This document shows, one piece after another, positions 12,201 through 25,600 of a stretch of DNA of 64,000 nucleotides. Below the pieces are notes generated by a model. It searched no databases. It was not told the DNA's origin and saw only the letters and a program-made list of their open reading frames with translations. The translations under genes were made by a program, and so were the position numbers. This DNA is from Eledone cirrhosa (taxonomy: Eukaryota), in NCBI GenBank assembly GCA_964016885.1, contig OZ024741.1, forward strand, positions 262,198,001 to 262,262,000. The letters are read 5' to 3'. Positions within the stretch are counted from its first letter, which is position 1; each line of letters starts with the position of its first letter.

Positions 12201-15200
12201 TACGAGTGTTTTCAGCTTACGAGTGATTCGACTTACGAGTGTTTTGACTTACGGGTGTTTTGACTTACGGGTGTTGTGAATTACGAGTGTTCCGATTTAC
12301 GAGTGTTTTGACTTACGGTGTTTAGGCTTACGAGTGTTTCGATTTACGAGTGTTTCGGCTTATGAGTGTTTCGACTTACGAGTGTTTTGACTTACGGGTG
12401 TTTTGACATACGAGTGTTTCGACTGACGAGTGTTTCGATACGAGTGTTTCGACTTACGAGTGTTCTGACTTACGAGTGTTCTGACTTACGAGTGTTCTGA
12501 CTTACGAGTGTTCCGACTTACGAGTGTTCCGACTTACGAGTGTTTCGGCTTACGAGTGTTTCGGCTTACGAGTGTTTCGACTTACGAGTGTTTCGACTTA
12601 CGAGTGTTCCGACTTACGGGTGTTTCGACTTACGAGTGTTTTGGCTTACGGTGTTTCGGCTTACGAGTGTTTCGAGTTACGAGTGTTTTGACTTACGCGT
12701 GTTTTGACATACGAGTGTTTCGATACGAGTGTTCTGACTTACGAGTGTTCCGATTTACGAGTGTTTTGACTTTCGGTGTTTCGGCTTACGAGTGATTCGA
12801 CTTATGAGTATTTCGACTTACGAGTGTTTAGACTTACGAGTGTTTCGACTTACGAGTGTTCCGACTTACGAGTGTTTCGGCTTACGAGTGTTTCGGCTGA
12901 CGAGTGTTTCGACATACGAGTGTTTCGACTTACGAGTGTTCCGACTAACGAGTGTTCCGACTTACGAGTGTTTCGGCTTACGAGTGTTTCTGCTTACGTG
13001 TGTTTCGACTTACGAGTGTTTCGGCTTACGAGTGTTTCGAATTACGAAAATAACAAATAGACGGGGTTTCAAATCTCTATGCTTTTCAAATTCATTACAT
13101 TAATCTTTATTTATACGTTTCGCTTTACGAGTGTTTCGGCGTACGAGTGTTTCGACTTACGAGTGTTTTAACTTACGTGTGTTTCGGCTTACGAGTGTTT
13201 CGACTTACGAGTGTTTTTACTTACGGTGTTTCGGCTTACGAGTGTTTCGACATACGAGTGTTTTGACTTAAGAGTGTTTCGACTTACGAGTGTTTCGACT
13301 TACTAGTGTTTCGACTTACGAGTGTTTCGTCTTACGAGTGTTTTGACTTAAGGATGTTTCGACTTACGAGAGTTTCGATACGAGTGTTTCGACTTACGAG
13401 TGTTTTGACTTACGGTGTGTCGGCTTACGAGTGTTTCGACTTACGAGTGTTTTGACTTACGGGTGTTTTGACATACGATTGTTTCGATACGAGTGTTCTG
13501 ACTTACGAGTGTTCTGACTTACGTGTTTTGACTTACGAGTGTTCTGACTTACGAGTGTTCCGACTTACGAGTGTTCCGACTTACGAGTGTTTCGGCTTAC
13601 GAGTGTTTCCGGCTTACGAGTGTTTCGACTTACGAGTGTTTTGACTTACGGTGTTTCGGCTTACGAGTGATTCGACTTACGAATGTTTTGACTTACGGGT
13701 GTTTCGGCTTGCGAGTGTTTCGACTTACGAGTGTTTCGGCTTATGAGTGTTTCGACTTACTAATGTTTTTACTTACGAGTGTTTCGGCGTACGAGTGTTT
13801 TGACTTACGAGTGTTTCGACTTACGAGTGTTTTGACTTACGAATGTTTTGACGTACGGGTGTTTCGGCTTACGAGTGTTTCGACTTACGAGTGTTTCGGC
13901 TTGCGAGTGTTTCGACTTACTAATGTTTTTACTTAAGAGTGTTTCGGCGTACGAGTGTTTCGACTTACGAGTGTTTCGACTTACGGGTGCTTTGACTTAA
14001 GGGTGTTTCGACTTACGAGTGTTTCGACTTACGAGTGTTTCGACTTACGAGTGTTTCGGCTTACGACTGTTTTGACTTAAGGATGTTTCGACTTACGAGT
14101 GTTTCGATACGAGTGTTTCGACTTACGAGTGTTTCGACTTACGAGTGTTTCGACTTACGAATGTTCTGACTTACGAGTGCTCTGACTTACGAGTGTTCTG
14201 ATTTACGAGTGTTCTGACTTACGAGTGTTCTGACTTACGAGCGTTCTGATTTACGAGTGTTCCGACTTACGAGTGTTTCGGCTTACGAGTGTTTCGACAT
14301 ACGAGTGTTTCGACTTAGGAGTGTTCCGACTAACGAGTGTTCCGACATACGGTGTTTCGGCTTACGAGTGATTCGACTTACGAGTGTTTTGACTTACGGG
14401 TGTTTTGACTTACGGGTGTTGTGAATTACGAGTGTTCCGATTTACGAGTGTTTTGACTTACGGTGTTTCGGCTTACGAGTGTTTTCAGCTTACGAGTGAT
14501 TCGACTTACGAGTGTTTTGACTTACGGGTGTTTTGACTTACGGGTGTTGTGAATTACGAGTGTTCCGATTTACGAGTGTTTTGACTTACGGTGTTTAGGC
14601 TTACGAGTGTTTCGATTTACGAGTGTTTCGGCTTATGAGTGTTTCGACTTACGAGTGTTTTGACTTACGGGTGTTTTGACATACGAGTGTTTCGACTGAC
14701 GAGTGTTTCGATACGAGTGTTTCGACTTACGAGTGTTCTGACTTACGAGTGTTCTGACTTACGAGTGTTCTGACTTACGAGTGTTCCGACTTACGAGTGT
14801 TCCGACTTACGAGTGTTTCGGCTTACGAGTGTTTCGGCTTACGAGTGTTTCGACTTACGAGTGTTTCGACTTACGAGTGTTCCGACTTACGGGTGTTTCG
14901 ACTTACGAGTGTTTTGGCTTACGGTGTTTCGGCTTACGAGTGTTTCGAGTTACGAGTGTTTTGACTTACGCGTGTTTTGACATACGAGTGTTTCGATACG
15001 AGTGTTCTGACTTACGAGTGTTCCGATTTACGAGTGTTTTGACTTTCGGTGTTTCGGCTTACGAGTGATTCGACTTATGAGTATTTCGACTTACGAGTGT
15101 TTAGACTTACGAGTGTTTCGACTTACGAGTGTTCCGACTTACGAGTGTTTCGGCTTACGAGTGTTTCGGCTGACGAGTGTTTCGACATACGAGTGTTTCG

Positions 15201-18200
15201 ACTTACGAGTGTTCCGACTAACGAGTGTTCCGACTTACGAGTGTTTCGGCTTACGAGTGTTTCTGCTTACGTGTGTTTCGACTTACGAGTGTTTCGGCTT
15301 ACGAGTGTTTCGAATTACGAAAATAACAAATAGACGGGGTTTCAAATCTCTATGCTTTTCAAATTCATTACATTAATCTTTATTTATACGTTTCGCTTTA
15401 CGAGTGTTTCGGCGTACGAGTGTTTCGACTTACGAGTGTTTTAACTTACGTGTGTTTCGGCTTACGAGTGTTTCGACTTACGAGTGTTTTTACTTACGGT
15501 GTTTCGGCTTACGAGTGTTTCGACATACGAGTGTTTTGACTTAAGAGTGTTTCGACTTACGAGTGTTTCGACTTACTAGTGTTTCGACTTACGAGTGTTT
15601 CGTCTTACGAGTGTTTTGACTTAAGGATGTTTCGACTTACGAGAGTTTCGATACGAGTGTTTCGACTTACGAGTGTTTTGACTTACGGTGTGTCGGCTTA
15701 CGAGTGTTTCGACTTACGAGTGTTTTGACTTACGGGTGTTTTGACATACGATTGTTTCGATACGAGTGTTCTGACTTACGAGTGTTCTGACTTACGTGTT
15801 TTGACTTACGAGTGTTCTGACTTACGAGTGTTCCGACTTACGAGTGTTCCGACTTACGAGTGTTTCGGCTTACGAGTGTTTCCGGCTTACGAGTGTTTCG
15901 ACTTACGAGTGTTTTGACTTACGGTGTTTCGGCTTACGAGTGATTCGACTTACGAATGTTTTGACTTACGGGTGTTTCGGCTTGCGAGTGTTTCGACTTA
16001 CGAGTGTTTCGGCTTATGAGTGTTTCGACTTACTAATGTTTTTACTTACGAGTGTTTCGGCGTACGAGTGTTTTGACTTACGAGTGTTTCGACTTACGAG
16101 TGTTTTGACTTACGAATGTTTTGACTTACGGGTGTTTCGGCTTACGAGTGTTTCGACTTACGAGTGTTTCGGCTTGCGAGTGTTTCGACTTACTAATGTT
16201 TTTACTTAAGAGTGTTTCGGCGTACGAGTGTTTCGACTTACGAGTGTTTCGACTTACGGGTGCTTTGACTTAAGGGTGTTTCGACTTACGAGTGTTTCGA
16301 TACGAGTGTTTCGACTTACGAGTGTTTCGACTTACGAGTGTTTCGACTTACGAATGTTCTGACTTACGAGTGCTCTGACTTACGAGTGTTCTGATTTACG
16401 AGTGTTCTGACTTACGAGTGTTCTGACTTACGAGCGTTCTGATTTACGAGTGTTCCGACTTACGAGTGTTTCGGCTTACGAGTGTTTCGACATACGAGTG
16501 TTTCGACTTAGGAGTGTTCCGACTAACGAGTGTTCCGACATACGGTGTTTCGGCTTACGAGTGATTCGACTTACGAGTGTTTTGACTTACGGGTGTTTTG
16601 ACTTACGGGTGTTGTGAATTACGAGTGTTCCGATTTACGAGTGTTTTGACTTACGGTGTTTCGGCTTACGAGTGTTTTCAGCTTACGAGTGATTCGACTT
16701 ACGAGTGTTTTGACTTACGGGTGTTTTGACTTACGGGTGTTGTGAATTACGAGTGTTCCGATTTACGAGTGTTTTGACTTACGGTGTTTAGGCTTACGAG
16801 TGTTTCGATTTACGAGTGTTTCGGCTTATGAGTGTTTCGACTTACGAGTGTTTTGACTTACGGGTGTTTTGACATACGAGTGTTTCGACTGACGAGTGTT
16901 TCGATACGAGTGTTTCGACTTACGAGTGTTCTGACTTACGAGTGTTCTGACTTACGAGTGTTCTGACTTACGAGTGTTCCGACTTACGAGTGTTCCGACT
17001 TACGAGTGTTCCGACTTACGGGTGTTTCGACTTACGAGTGTTTTGGCTTACGGTGTTTCGGCTTACGAGTGTTTCGAGTTACGAGTGTTTTGACTTACGC
17101 GTGTTTTGACATACGAGTGTTTCGATACGAGTGTTCTGACTTACGAGTGTTCCGATTTACGAGTGTTTTGACTTTCGGTGTTTCGGCTTACGAGTGATTC
17201 GACTTATGAGTATTTCGACTTACGAGTGTTTAGACTTACGAGTGTTTCGACTTACGAGTGTTCCGACTTACGAGTGTTTCGGCTTACGAGTGTTTCGGCT
17301 GACGAGTGTTTCGACATACGAGTGTTTCGACTTACGAGTGTTCCGACTAACGAGTGTTCCGACTTACGAGTGTTTCGGCTTACGAGTGTTTCTGCTTACG
17401 TGTGTTTCGACTTACGAGTGTTTCGGCTTACGAGTGTTTCGAATTACGAAAATAACAAATAGACGGGGTTTCAAATCTCTATGCTTTTCAAATTCATTAC
17501 ATTAATCTTTATTTATACGTTTCGCTTTACGAGTGTTTCGGCGTACGAGTGTTTCGACTTACGAGTGTTTTAACTTACGTGTGTTTCGGCTTACGAGTGT
17601 TTCGACTTACGAGTGTTTTTACTTACGGTGTTTCGGCTTACGAGTGTTTCGACATACGAGTGTTTTGACTTAAGAGTGTTTCGACTTACGAGTGTTTCGA
17701 CTTACTAGTGTTTCGACTTACGAGTGTTTCGTCTTACGAGTGTTTTGACTTAAGGATGTTTCGACTTACGAGAGTTTCGATACGAGTGTTTCGACTTACG
17801 AGTGTTTTGACTTACGGTGTGTCGGCTTACGAGTGTTTCGACTTACGAGTGTTTTGACTTACGGGTGTTTTGACATACGATTGTTTCGATACGAGTGTTC
17901 TGACTTACGAGTGTTCTGACTTACGTGTTTTGACTTACGAGTGTTCTGACTTACGAGTGTTCCGACTTACGAGTGTTCCGACTTACGAGTGTTTCGGCTT
18001 ACGAGTGTTTCCGGCTTACGAGTGTTTCGACTTACGAGTGTTTTGACTTACGGTGTTTCGGCTTACGAGTGATTCGACTTACGAATGTTTTGACTTACGG
18101 GTGTTTCGGCTTGCGAGTGTTTCGACTTACGAGTGTTTCGGCTTATGAGTGTTTCGACTTACTAATGTTTTTACTTACGAGTGTTTCGGCGTACGAGTGT

Positions 18201-19435
18201 TTTGACTTACGAGTGTTTCGACTTACGAGTGTTTTGACTTACGAATGTTTTGACTTACGGGTGTTTCGGCTTACGAGTGTTTCGACTTACGAGTGTTTCG
18301 GCTTGCGAGTGTTTCGACTTACTAATGTTTTTACTTAAGAGTGTTTCGGCGTACGAGTGTTTCGACTTACGAGTGTTTCGACTTACGGGTGCTTTGACTT
18401 AAGGGTGTTTCGACTTACGAGTGTTTCGATACGAGTGTTTCGACTTACGAGTGTTTCGACTTACGAGTGTTTCGACTTACGAATGTTCTGACTTACGAGT
18501 GCTCTGACTTACGAGTGTTCTGATTTACGAGTGTTCTGACTTACGAGTGTTCTGACTTACGAGCGTTCTGATTTACGAGTGTTCCGACTTACGAGTGTTT
18601 CGGCTTACGAGTGTTTCGACATACGAGTGTTTCGACTTAGGAGTGTTCCGACTAACGAGTGTTCCGACATACGGTGTTTCGGCTTACGAGTGATTCGACT
18701 TACGAGTGTTTTGACTTACGGGTGTTTTGACTTACGGGTGTTGTGAATTACGAGTGTTCCGATTTACGAGTGTTTTGACTTACGGTGTTTCGGCTTACGA
18801 GTGTTTTCAGCTTACGAGTGATTCGACTTACGAGTGTTTTGACTTACGGGTGTTTTGACTTACGGGTGTTGTGAATTACGAGTGTTCCGATTTACGAGTG
18901 TTTTGACTTACGGTGTTTAGGCTTACGAGTGTTTCGATTTACGAGTGTTTCGGCTTATGAGTGTTTCGACTTACGAGTGTTTTGACTTACGGGTGTTTTG
19001 ACATACGAGTGTTTCGACTGACGAGTGTTTCGATACGAGTGTTTCGACTTACGAGTGTTCTGACTTACGAGTGTTCTGACTTACGAGTGTTCTGACTTAC
19101 GAGTGTTCCGACTTACGAGTGTTCCGACTTACGAGTGTTTCGGCTTACGAGTGTTTCGGCTTACGAGTGTTTCGACTTACGAGTGTTTCGACTTACGAGT
19201 GTTCCGACTTACGGGTGTTTCGACTTACGAGTGTTTTGGCTTACGGTGTTTCGGCTTACGAGTGTTTCGAGTTACGAGTGTTTTGACTTACGCGTGTTTT
19301 GACATACGAGTGTTTCGATACGAGTGTTCTGACTTACGAGTGTTCTGACTTACGAGTGTTCTGACTTACGAGTGTTCCGACTTTACGAGTGTTTCGGCTC
19401 ACGAGTGTTTCGGCTTACGAGTGTTTCGACTTACG

Positions 19436-19513
19436 AAAATAACAAATAGACGCGGTTTCAAATCTCTATGCTTTTCAAATTCATTACATTAATCTTTATT
19501 TATACGTTTCGCT
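19436..19513. repeat. AT-rich insert, allele B (GACGCGG; left flank CGACTTACG); representative of 19 copies
   Basis: Read directly. One outlier copy lies at 7842; the other 18 start between 19436 and 60796. Confidence 0.95.
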
Positions 19514-22500
19514 TTACGAGTGTTTCGACTTACGAGTGTTTCGGCTTACGTGAGTTTCGACTTAAGAGTGTTCTGATTTACGAGTGTTCTGACTTGCGGG
19601 TGTTCTGATTTACGAGTGTTCCGACTTACGAGGGTTCTGACTTACGAGTGTTCCGAATTACGAGTGTTTCGGCTATGAGTGTTTCGACTTATGGGTGTTT
19701 CGACTTACGAGTGTTTTTACTTACGGTGTTTCGGCTTACGAGTGTTTCGACATACGAGTGTTTTGACTTACGGGTGTTTCGACTTACGAGTGTTTTGACT
19801 TACGAATGTTTTGACTTACGGGTGTTTCGGCTTACGAGTGTTTCGACTTACGAGTGTTTCGGCTTACGAGTGTTTCGACTTACTAATGTTTTTACTTACG
19901 AGTGTTTCTGCGTACGAGAGTTTTGACTTACGAGTGTTTCGACTTACGAGTGTTCTGACTTACGAGTGTTCCGAGTTACGAGTGTTCCGACTTACGAGTG
20001 TTTCGGCTTACGAGTGTTTCGTCTTACGAGTGTTTCGCCTTACGAGTGTTCCGACTTACGGGTGCTTCGACTTACGAGTGTTTGGGCTTACGGTATTTCG
20101 GCTTACGAGTGTTTCGAGTTACGAGTGTTTTGACTTACGGGTGTTGTGAATTACGAGTGTTCCGATTTACGAGTGTTTTGACTTACGGTGTTTCGGCTTA
20201 CGAGTGTTTTCAGCTTACGAGTGATTCGACTTACGAGTGTTTTGACTTACGGGTGTTTTGACTTACGGGTGTTGTGAATTACGAGTGTTCCGATTTACGA
20301 GTGTTTTGACTTACGGTGTTTAGGCTTACGAGTGTTTCGATTTACGAGTGTTTCGGCTTATGAGTGTTTCGACTTACGAGTGTTTTGACTTACGGGTGTT
20401 TTGACATACGAGTGTTTCGACTGACGAGTGTTTCGATACGAGTGTTTCGACTTACGAGTGTTCTGACTTACGAGTGTTCTGACTTACGAGTGTTCTGACT
20501 TACGAGTGTTCCGACTTACGAGTGTTCCGACTTACGAGTGTTTCGGCTTACGAGTGTTTCGGCTTACGAGTGTTTCGACTTACGAGTGTTTCGACTTACG
20601 AGTGTTCCGACTTACGGGTGTTTCGACTTACGAGTGTTTTGGCTTACGGTGTTTCGGCTTACGAGTGTTTCGAGTTACGAGTGTTTTGACTTACGCGTGT
20701 TTTGACATACGAGTGTTTCGATACGAGTGTTCTGACTTACGAGTGTTCTGACTTACGAGTGTTCTGACTTACGAGTGTTCCGACTTTACGAGTGTTTCGG
20801 CTCACGAGTGTTTCGGCTTACGAGTGTTTCGACTTACGAAAATAACAAATAGACGCGGTTTCAAATCTCTATGCTTTTCAAATTCATTACATTAATCTTT
20901 ATTTATACGTTTCGCTTTACGAGTGTTTCGACTTACGAGTGTTTCGGCTTACGTGAGTTTCGACTTAAGAGTGTTCTGATTTACGAGTGTTCTGACTTGC
21001 GGGTGTTCTGATTTACGAGTGTTCCGACTTACGAGGGTTCTGACTTACGAGTGTTCCGAATTACGAGTGTTTCGGCTATGAGTGTTTCGACTTATGGGTG
21101 TTTCGACTTACGAGTGTTTTTACTTACGGTGTTTCGGCTTACGAGTGTTTCGACATACGAGTGTTTTGACTTACGGGTGTTTCGACTTACGAGTGTTTTG
21201 ACTTACGAATGTTTTGACTTACGGGTGTTTCGGCTTACGAGTGTTTCGACTTACGAGTGTTTCGGCTTACGAGTGTTTCGACTTACTAATGTTTTTACTT
21301 ACGAGTGTTTCTGCGTACGAGAGTTTTGACTTACGAGTGTTTCGACTTACGAGTGTTCTGACTTACGAGTGTTCCGAGTTACGAGTGTTCCGACTTACGA
21401 GTGTTTCGGCTTACGAGTGTTTCGTCTTACGAGTGTTTCGCCTTACGAGTGTTCCGACTTACGGGTGCTTCGACTTACGAGTGTTTGGGCTTACGGTATT
21501 TCGGCTTACGAGTGTTTCGAGTTACGAGTGTTTTGACTTACGCGTGTTTTGACATACGAGTTTTTCGATACGAGTGTTCTTACTTACGAGTGTTCTGATT
21601 ACGAGTGTTCTGACTTACGAGTGTTCCGACTTTACGAGTGTTTCGGCTCACGAGTGTTTCGGCTTACGAGTGTTTCGACTTACGAAAATAACAAATAGAC
21701 GCGGTTTCAAATCTCTATGCTTTTCAAATTCATTACATTAATCTTTATTTATACGTTTCGCTTTACGAGTGTTTCGACTTACGAGTGTTTCGGCTTACGT
21801 GAGTTTCGACTTAAGAGTGTTCTGATTTACGAGTGTTCTGACTTGCGGGTGTTCTGATTTACGAGTGTTCCGACTTACGAGGGTTCTGACTTACGAGTGT
21901 TCCGACTTACGAGTGTTTCGGCTATGAGTGTTTCGACTTATGGGTGTTTCGACTTACGAGTGTTTTTACTTACGGTGTTTCGGCTTACGAGTGTTTCGAC
22001 ATACGAGTGTTTTGACTTACGGGTGTTTCGACTTACGAGTGTTTTGACTTACGAATGTTTTGACTTACGGGTGTTTCGGCTTACGAGTGTTTCGACTTAC
22101 GAGTGTTTCGGCTTACGAGTGTTTCGACTTACTAATGTTTTTACTTACGAGTGTTTCGGCGTACGAGAGTTTTGACTTACGAGTGTTTCGACTTACGAGT
22201 GTTCTGACTTACGAGTGTTGCGACTTACGAGTGTTCCGACTTACGAGTGTTTCGGCTTACGAGTGTTTCGACTTACGAGTGTTTCGACTTACGAGTGTTC
22301 CGACTTACGGGTGCTTCGACTTACGAGTGTTTGGGCTTACGGTATTTCGGCTTACGAGTGTTTCGAGTTACGAGTGTTTTGACTTACGCGTGTTTTGACA
22401 TACGAGTTTTTCGATACGAGTGTTCTGACTTACGAGTGTTCTGATTACGAGTGTTCTGACTTACGAGTGTTCCGACTTTACGAGTGTTTCGGCTCACGAG

Positions 22501-22530
22501 TGTTTCGGCTTACGAGTGTTTCGACTCACG

Positions 22531-22608
22531 AAAATAACAAATAGACGTGGTTTCAAATCTCTATGCTTTTCAAATTCATTACATTAATCTTTATTTATAC
22601 GTTTCGCT
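22531..22608. repeat. AT-rich insert, allele C (GACGTGG; left flank CGACTCACG); representative of 10 copies
   Basis: Read directly. Copies at 22531, 26836, 29830, 34326, 37975, 42417, 47278, 52842, 57482 and 61755. Confidence 0.95.
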
Positions 22609-25600
22609 TTACGAGTGTTTCGACTTACGAGTGTTTCGACATACGAGTGTTTCGACTTACGAATGTTTTTGCTTACGAGTGTTTCGGCTTACGAGTGTTC
22701 CGACTTACGAGTGTTCTGACTTACGAGTGTTTCGGCTTACGAGTGTTTCCGGCTTACGAGTGTTTTGACATACGGGTGTTTTGACTTACGGGTGTTTCGG
22801 CTTACGAGTTTTTCGACTTACGAGTGTTTTGACTTACGAGTGATCTGATTTACGGATGTTTCGACATACGAGTGTTTCGACTTACGAGTGTTTCGACTTA
22901 TGAGTATTTCGACTTACGAGTGTTTCGACTTACGAGTGTTTCGACTTACGAGTGTTCCGACTTACGAGTGTTTCGGCTTACGAGTGTTTTGGGTTACGAG
23001 TGTTTCGACATACGAGTGTTTCGACTTACGAGTGTTCCGACTAACGAGTGTTCCGACTTACGAGTGTTTCGGCTTACGAGTGTTTCGGCTTACCAGTGTT
23101 TCGACTTACGAGTGTTTTAACTTACGTGTGTTTCGGCTTACGAGTGTTTCGACTTACCAGTGTTTTTACTTACGGTGTTTCGGCTTACGAGTGTTTCGAC
23201 ATACGAGTGTTTTGACTTAAGGGTGTTTCGACTTACGAGTGTTTCGACTTACGAGTGTTTCGGCTTACGAGTGTTTTGACTTAAGGATGTTTCGACTTAC
23301 GAGTGTTTCGATACGAGTGTTTCGACTTACGAGTGTTTTGACTTACGGTGTGTCGGCTTACGAGTGTTTCGACTTACGAGTGTTTTGACTTACGGGTGTT
23401 TTGACATACGATTGTTTCGATACGAGTGTTCTGACTTACGAGTGTTCTGACTTACGTGTTTTGACTTACGAGTGTTCTGACTTACGAGTGTTCCGACTTA
23501 CGAGTGTTCCGACTTACGAGTGTTTCGGCTTACGAGTGTTTCCGGCTTACGAGTGTTTCGACTTACGAGTGTTTTGACTTACGGTGTTTCGGCTTACGAG
23601 TGATTCGACTTACGAATGTTTTGACTTACGGGTGTTTCGGCTTGCGAGTGTTTCGACTTACGAGTGTTTCGGCTTATGAGTGTTTCGACTTACTAATGTT
23701 TTTACTTACGAGTGTTTCGGCGTACGAGTGTTTTGACTTACGAGTGTTTCGACTTACGAGTGTTTTGACTTACGAATGTTTTGACTTACGGGTGTTTCGG
23801 CTTACGAGTGTTTCGGCTTATGAGTGTTTCGACTTACTAATGTTTTTACTTACGAGTGTTTCGGCGTACGAGTGTTTTGACTTACGAGTGTTTCGACTTA
23901 CGAGTGTTTTGACTTACGAATGTTTTGACTTTCGGGTGTTTCGGCTTACGAGTGTTTCGACTTACGAGTGTTTCGGCTTACGAGTGTTTTGACTTAAGGA
24001 TGTTTCGACTTACGAGTGTTTCGATACGAGTGTTTCGACTTACGAGTGTTTCGACTTACGAGTGTTTCGACTTACGAATGTTCTGACTTACGAGTGCTCT
24101 GACTTACGAGTGTTCTGATTTACGAGTGTTCTGACTTACGAGTGTTCTGACTTACGAGCGTTCTGATTTACGAGTGTTCCGACTTACGAGTGTTTCGGCT
24201 TACGAGTGTTTCGACATACGAGTGTTTCGACTTAGGAGTGTTCCGACTAACGAGTGTTCCGACATACGGTGTTTCGGCTTACGAGTGATTCGACTTACGA
24301 GTGTTTTGACTTACGGGTGTTTTGACTTACGGGTGTTGTGAATTACGAGTGTTCCGATTTACGAGTGTTTTGACTTACGGTGTTTCGGCTTACGAGTGTT
24401 TTCAGCTTACGAGTGATTCGACTTACGAGTGTTTTGACTTACGGGTGTTTTGACTTACGGGTGTTGTGAATTACGAGTGTTCCGATTTACGAGTGTTTTG
24501 ACTTACGGTGTTTAGGCTTACGAGTGTTTCGATTTACGAGTGTTTCGGCTTATGAGCGTTTCGACTTACGAGTGTTTTGACTTACGGGTGTTTTGACATA
24601 CGAGTGTTTCGACTGACGAGTGTTTCGATACGAGTGTTTCGACTTACGAGTGTTCTGACTTACGAGTGTTCTGACTTACGAGTGTTCTGACTTACGAGTG
24701 TTCCGACTTACGAGTGTTCCGACTTACGAGTGTTTCGGCTTACGAGTGTTTCGGCTTACGAGTGTTTCGACTTACGAGTGTTTCGACTTACGAGTGTTCC
24801 GACTTACGGGTGTTTCGACTTACGAGTGTTTTGGCTTACGGTGTTTCGGCTTACGAGTGTTTCGAGTTACGAGTGTTTTGACTTACGCGTGTTTTGACAT
24901 ACGAGTGTTTCGATACGAGTGTTCTGACTTACGAGTGTTCTGACTTACGAGTGTTCTGACTTACGAGTGTTCCGACTTTACGAGTGTTTCGGCTCACGAG
25001 TGTTTCGGCTTACGAGTGTTTCGACTTACGAAAATAACAAATAGACGCGGTTTCAAATCTCTATGCTTTTCAAATTCATTACATTAATCTTTATTTATAC
25101 GTTTCGCTTTACGAGTGTTTCGACTTACGAGTGTTTCGGCTTACGTGAGTTTCGACTTAAGAGTGTTCTGATTTACGAGTGTTCTGACTTGCGGGTGTTC
25201 TGATTTACGAGTGTTCCGACTTACGAGGGTTCTGACTTACGAGTGTTCCGAATTACGAGTGTTTCGGCTATGAGTGTTTCGACTTATGGGTGTTTCGACT
25301 TACGAGTGTTTTTACTTACGGTGTTTCGGCTTACGAGTGTTTCGACATACGAGTGTTTTGACTTACGGGTGTTTCGACTTACGAGTGTTTTGACTTACGA
25401 ATGTTTTTACTTACGGGTGTTTCGGCTTACGAGTGTTTCGACTTACGAGTGTTTCGGCTTACGAGTGTTTCGACTTACTAATGTTTTTACTTACGAGTGT
25501 TTCGGCGTACGAGAGTTTTGACTTACGAGTGTTTCGACTTACGAGTGTTCTGACTTACGAGTGTTCCGAGTTACGAGTGTTCCGACTTACGAGTGTTTCG

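Larger units (their letters stand above)
1..19345. repeat. HOR domain 1: 2273-bp higher-order repeat (about 137-138 monomers plus one allele-A insert)
   Basis: Insert spacings are 2193, 2273, 2193, [interrupted unit], 2273, 2273, 2273 and 2129. Identical ORF translations recur at the same offsets (1787/4060; 10235/12508/14781). Diagnostic variants (TTAGGAG, GTTGTGAATT, TTTAGGC, GTGTGTCGGC) recur in the same order. Confidence 0.95.

Noticed and set aside
19430-19505. The insert as a minus-strand GT-AG intron (GTATAA...TTTGTTATTTTCGTAAG)
   Set aside because: The flanking 'exons' have stops in all frames, the donor is weak, and allele A lacks the terminal AG (it reads CGTAATT).
19453-19513. Nematode piRNA upstream (Ruby) motif CNGTTTCA followed by an AT-rich spacer in allele B
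   Set aside because: Only allele B (CGGTTTCA) fits. The downstream YRNT is trivially common, the taxon is unknown, and piRNA loci are unique rather than tandem.
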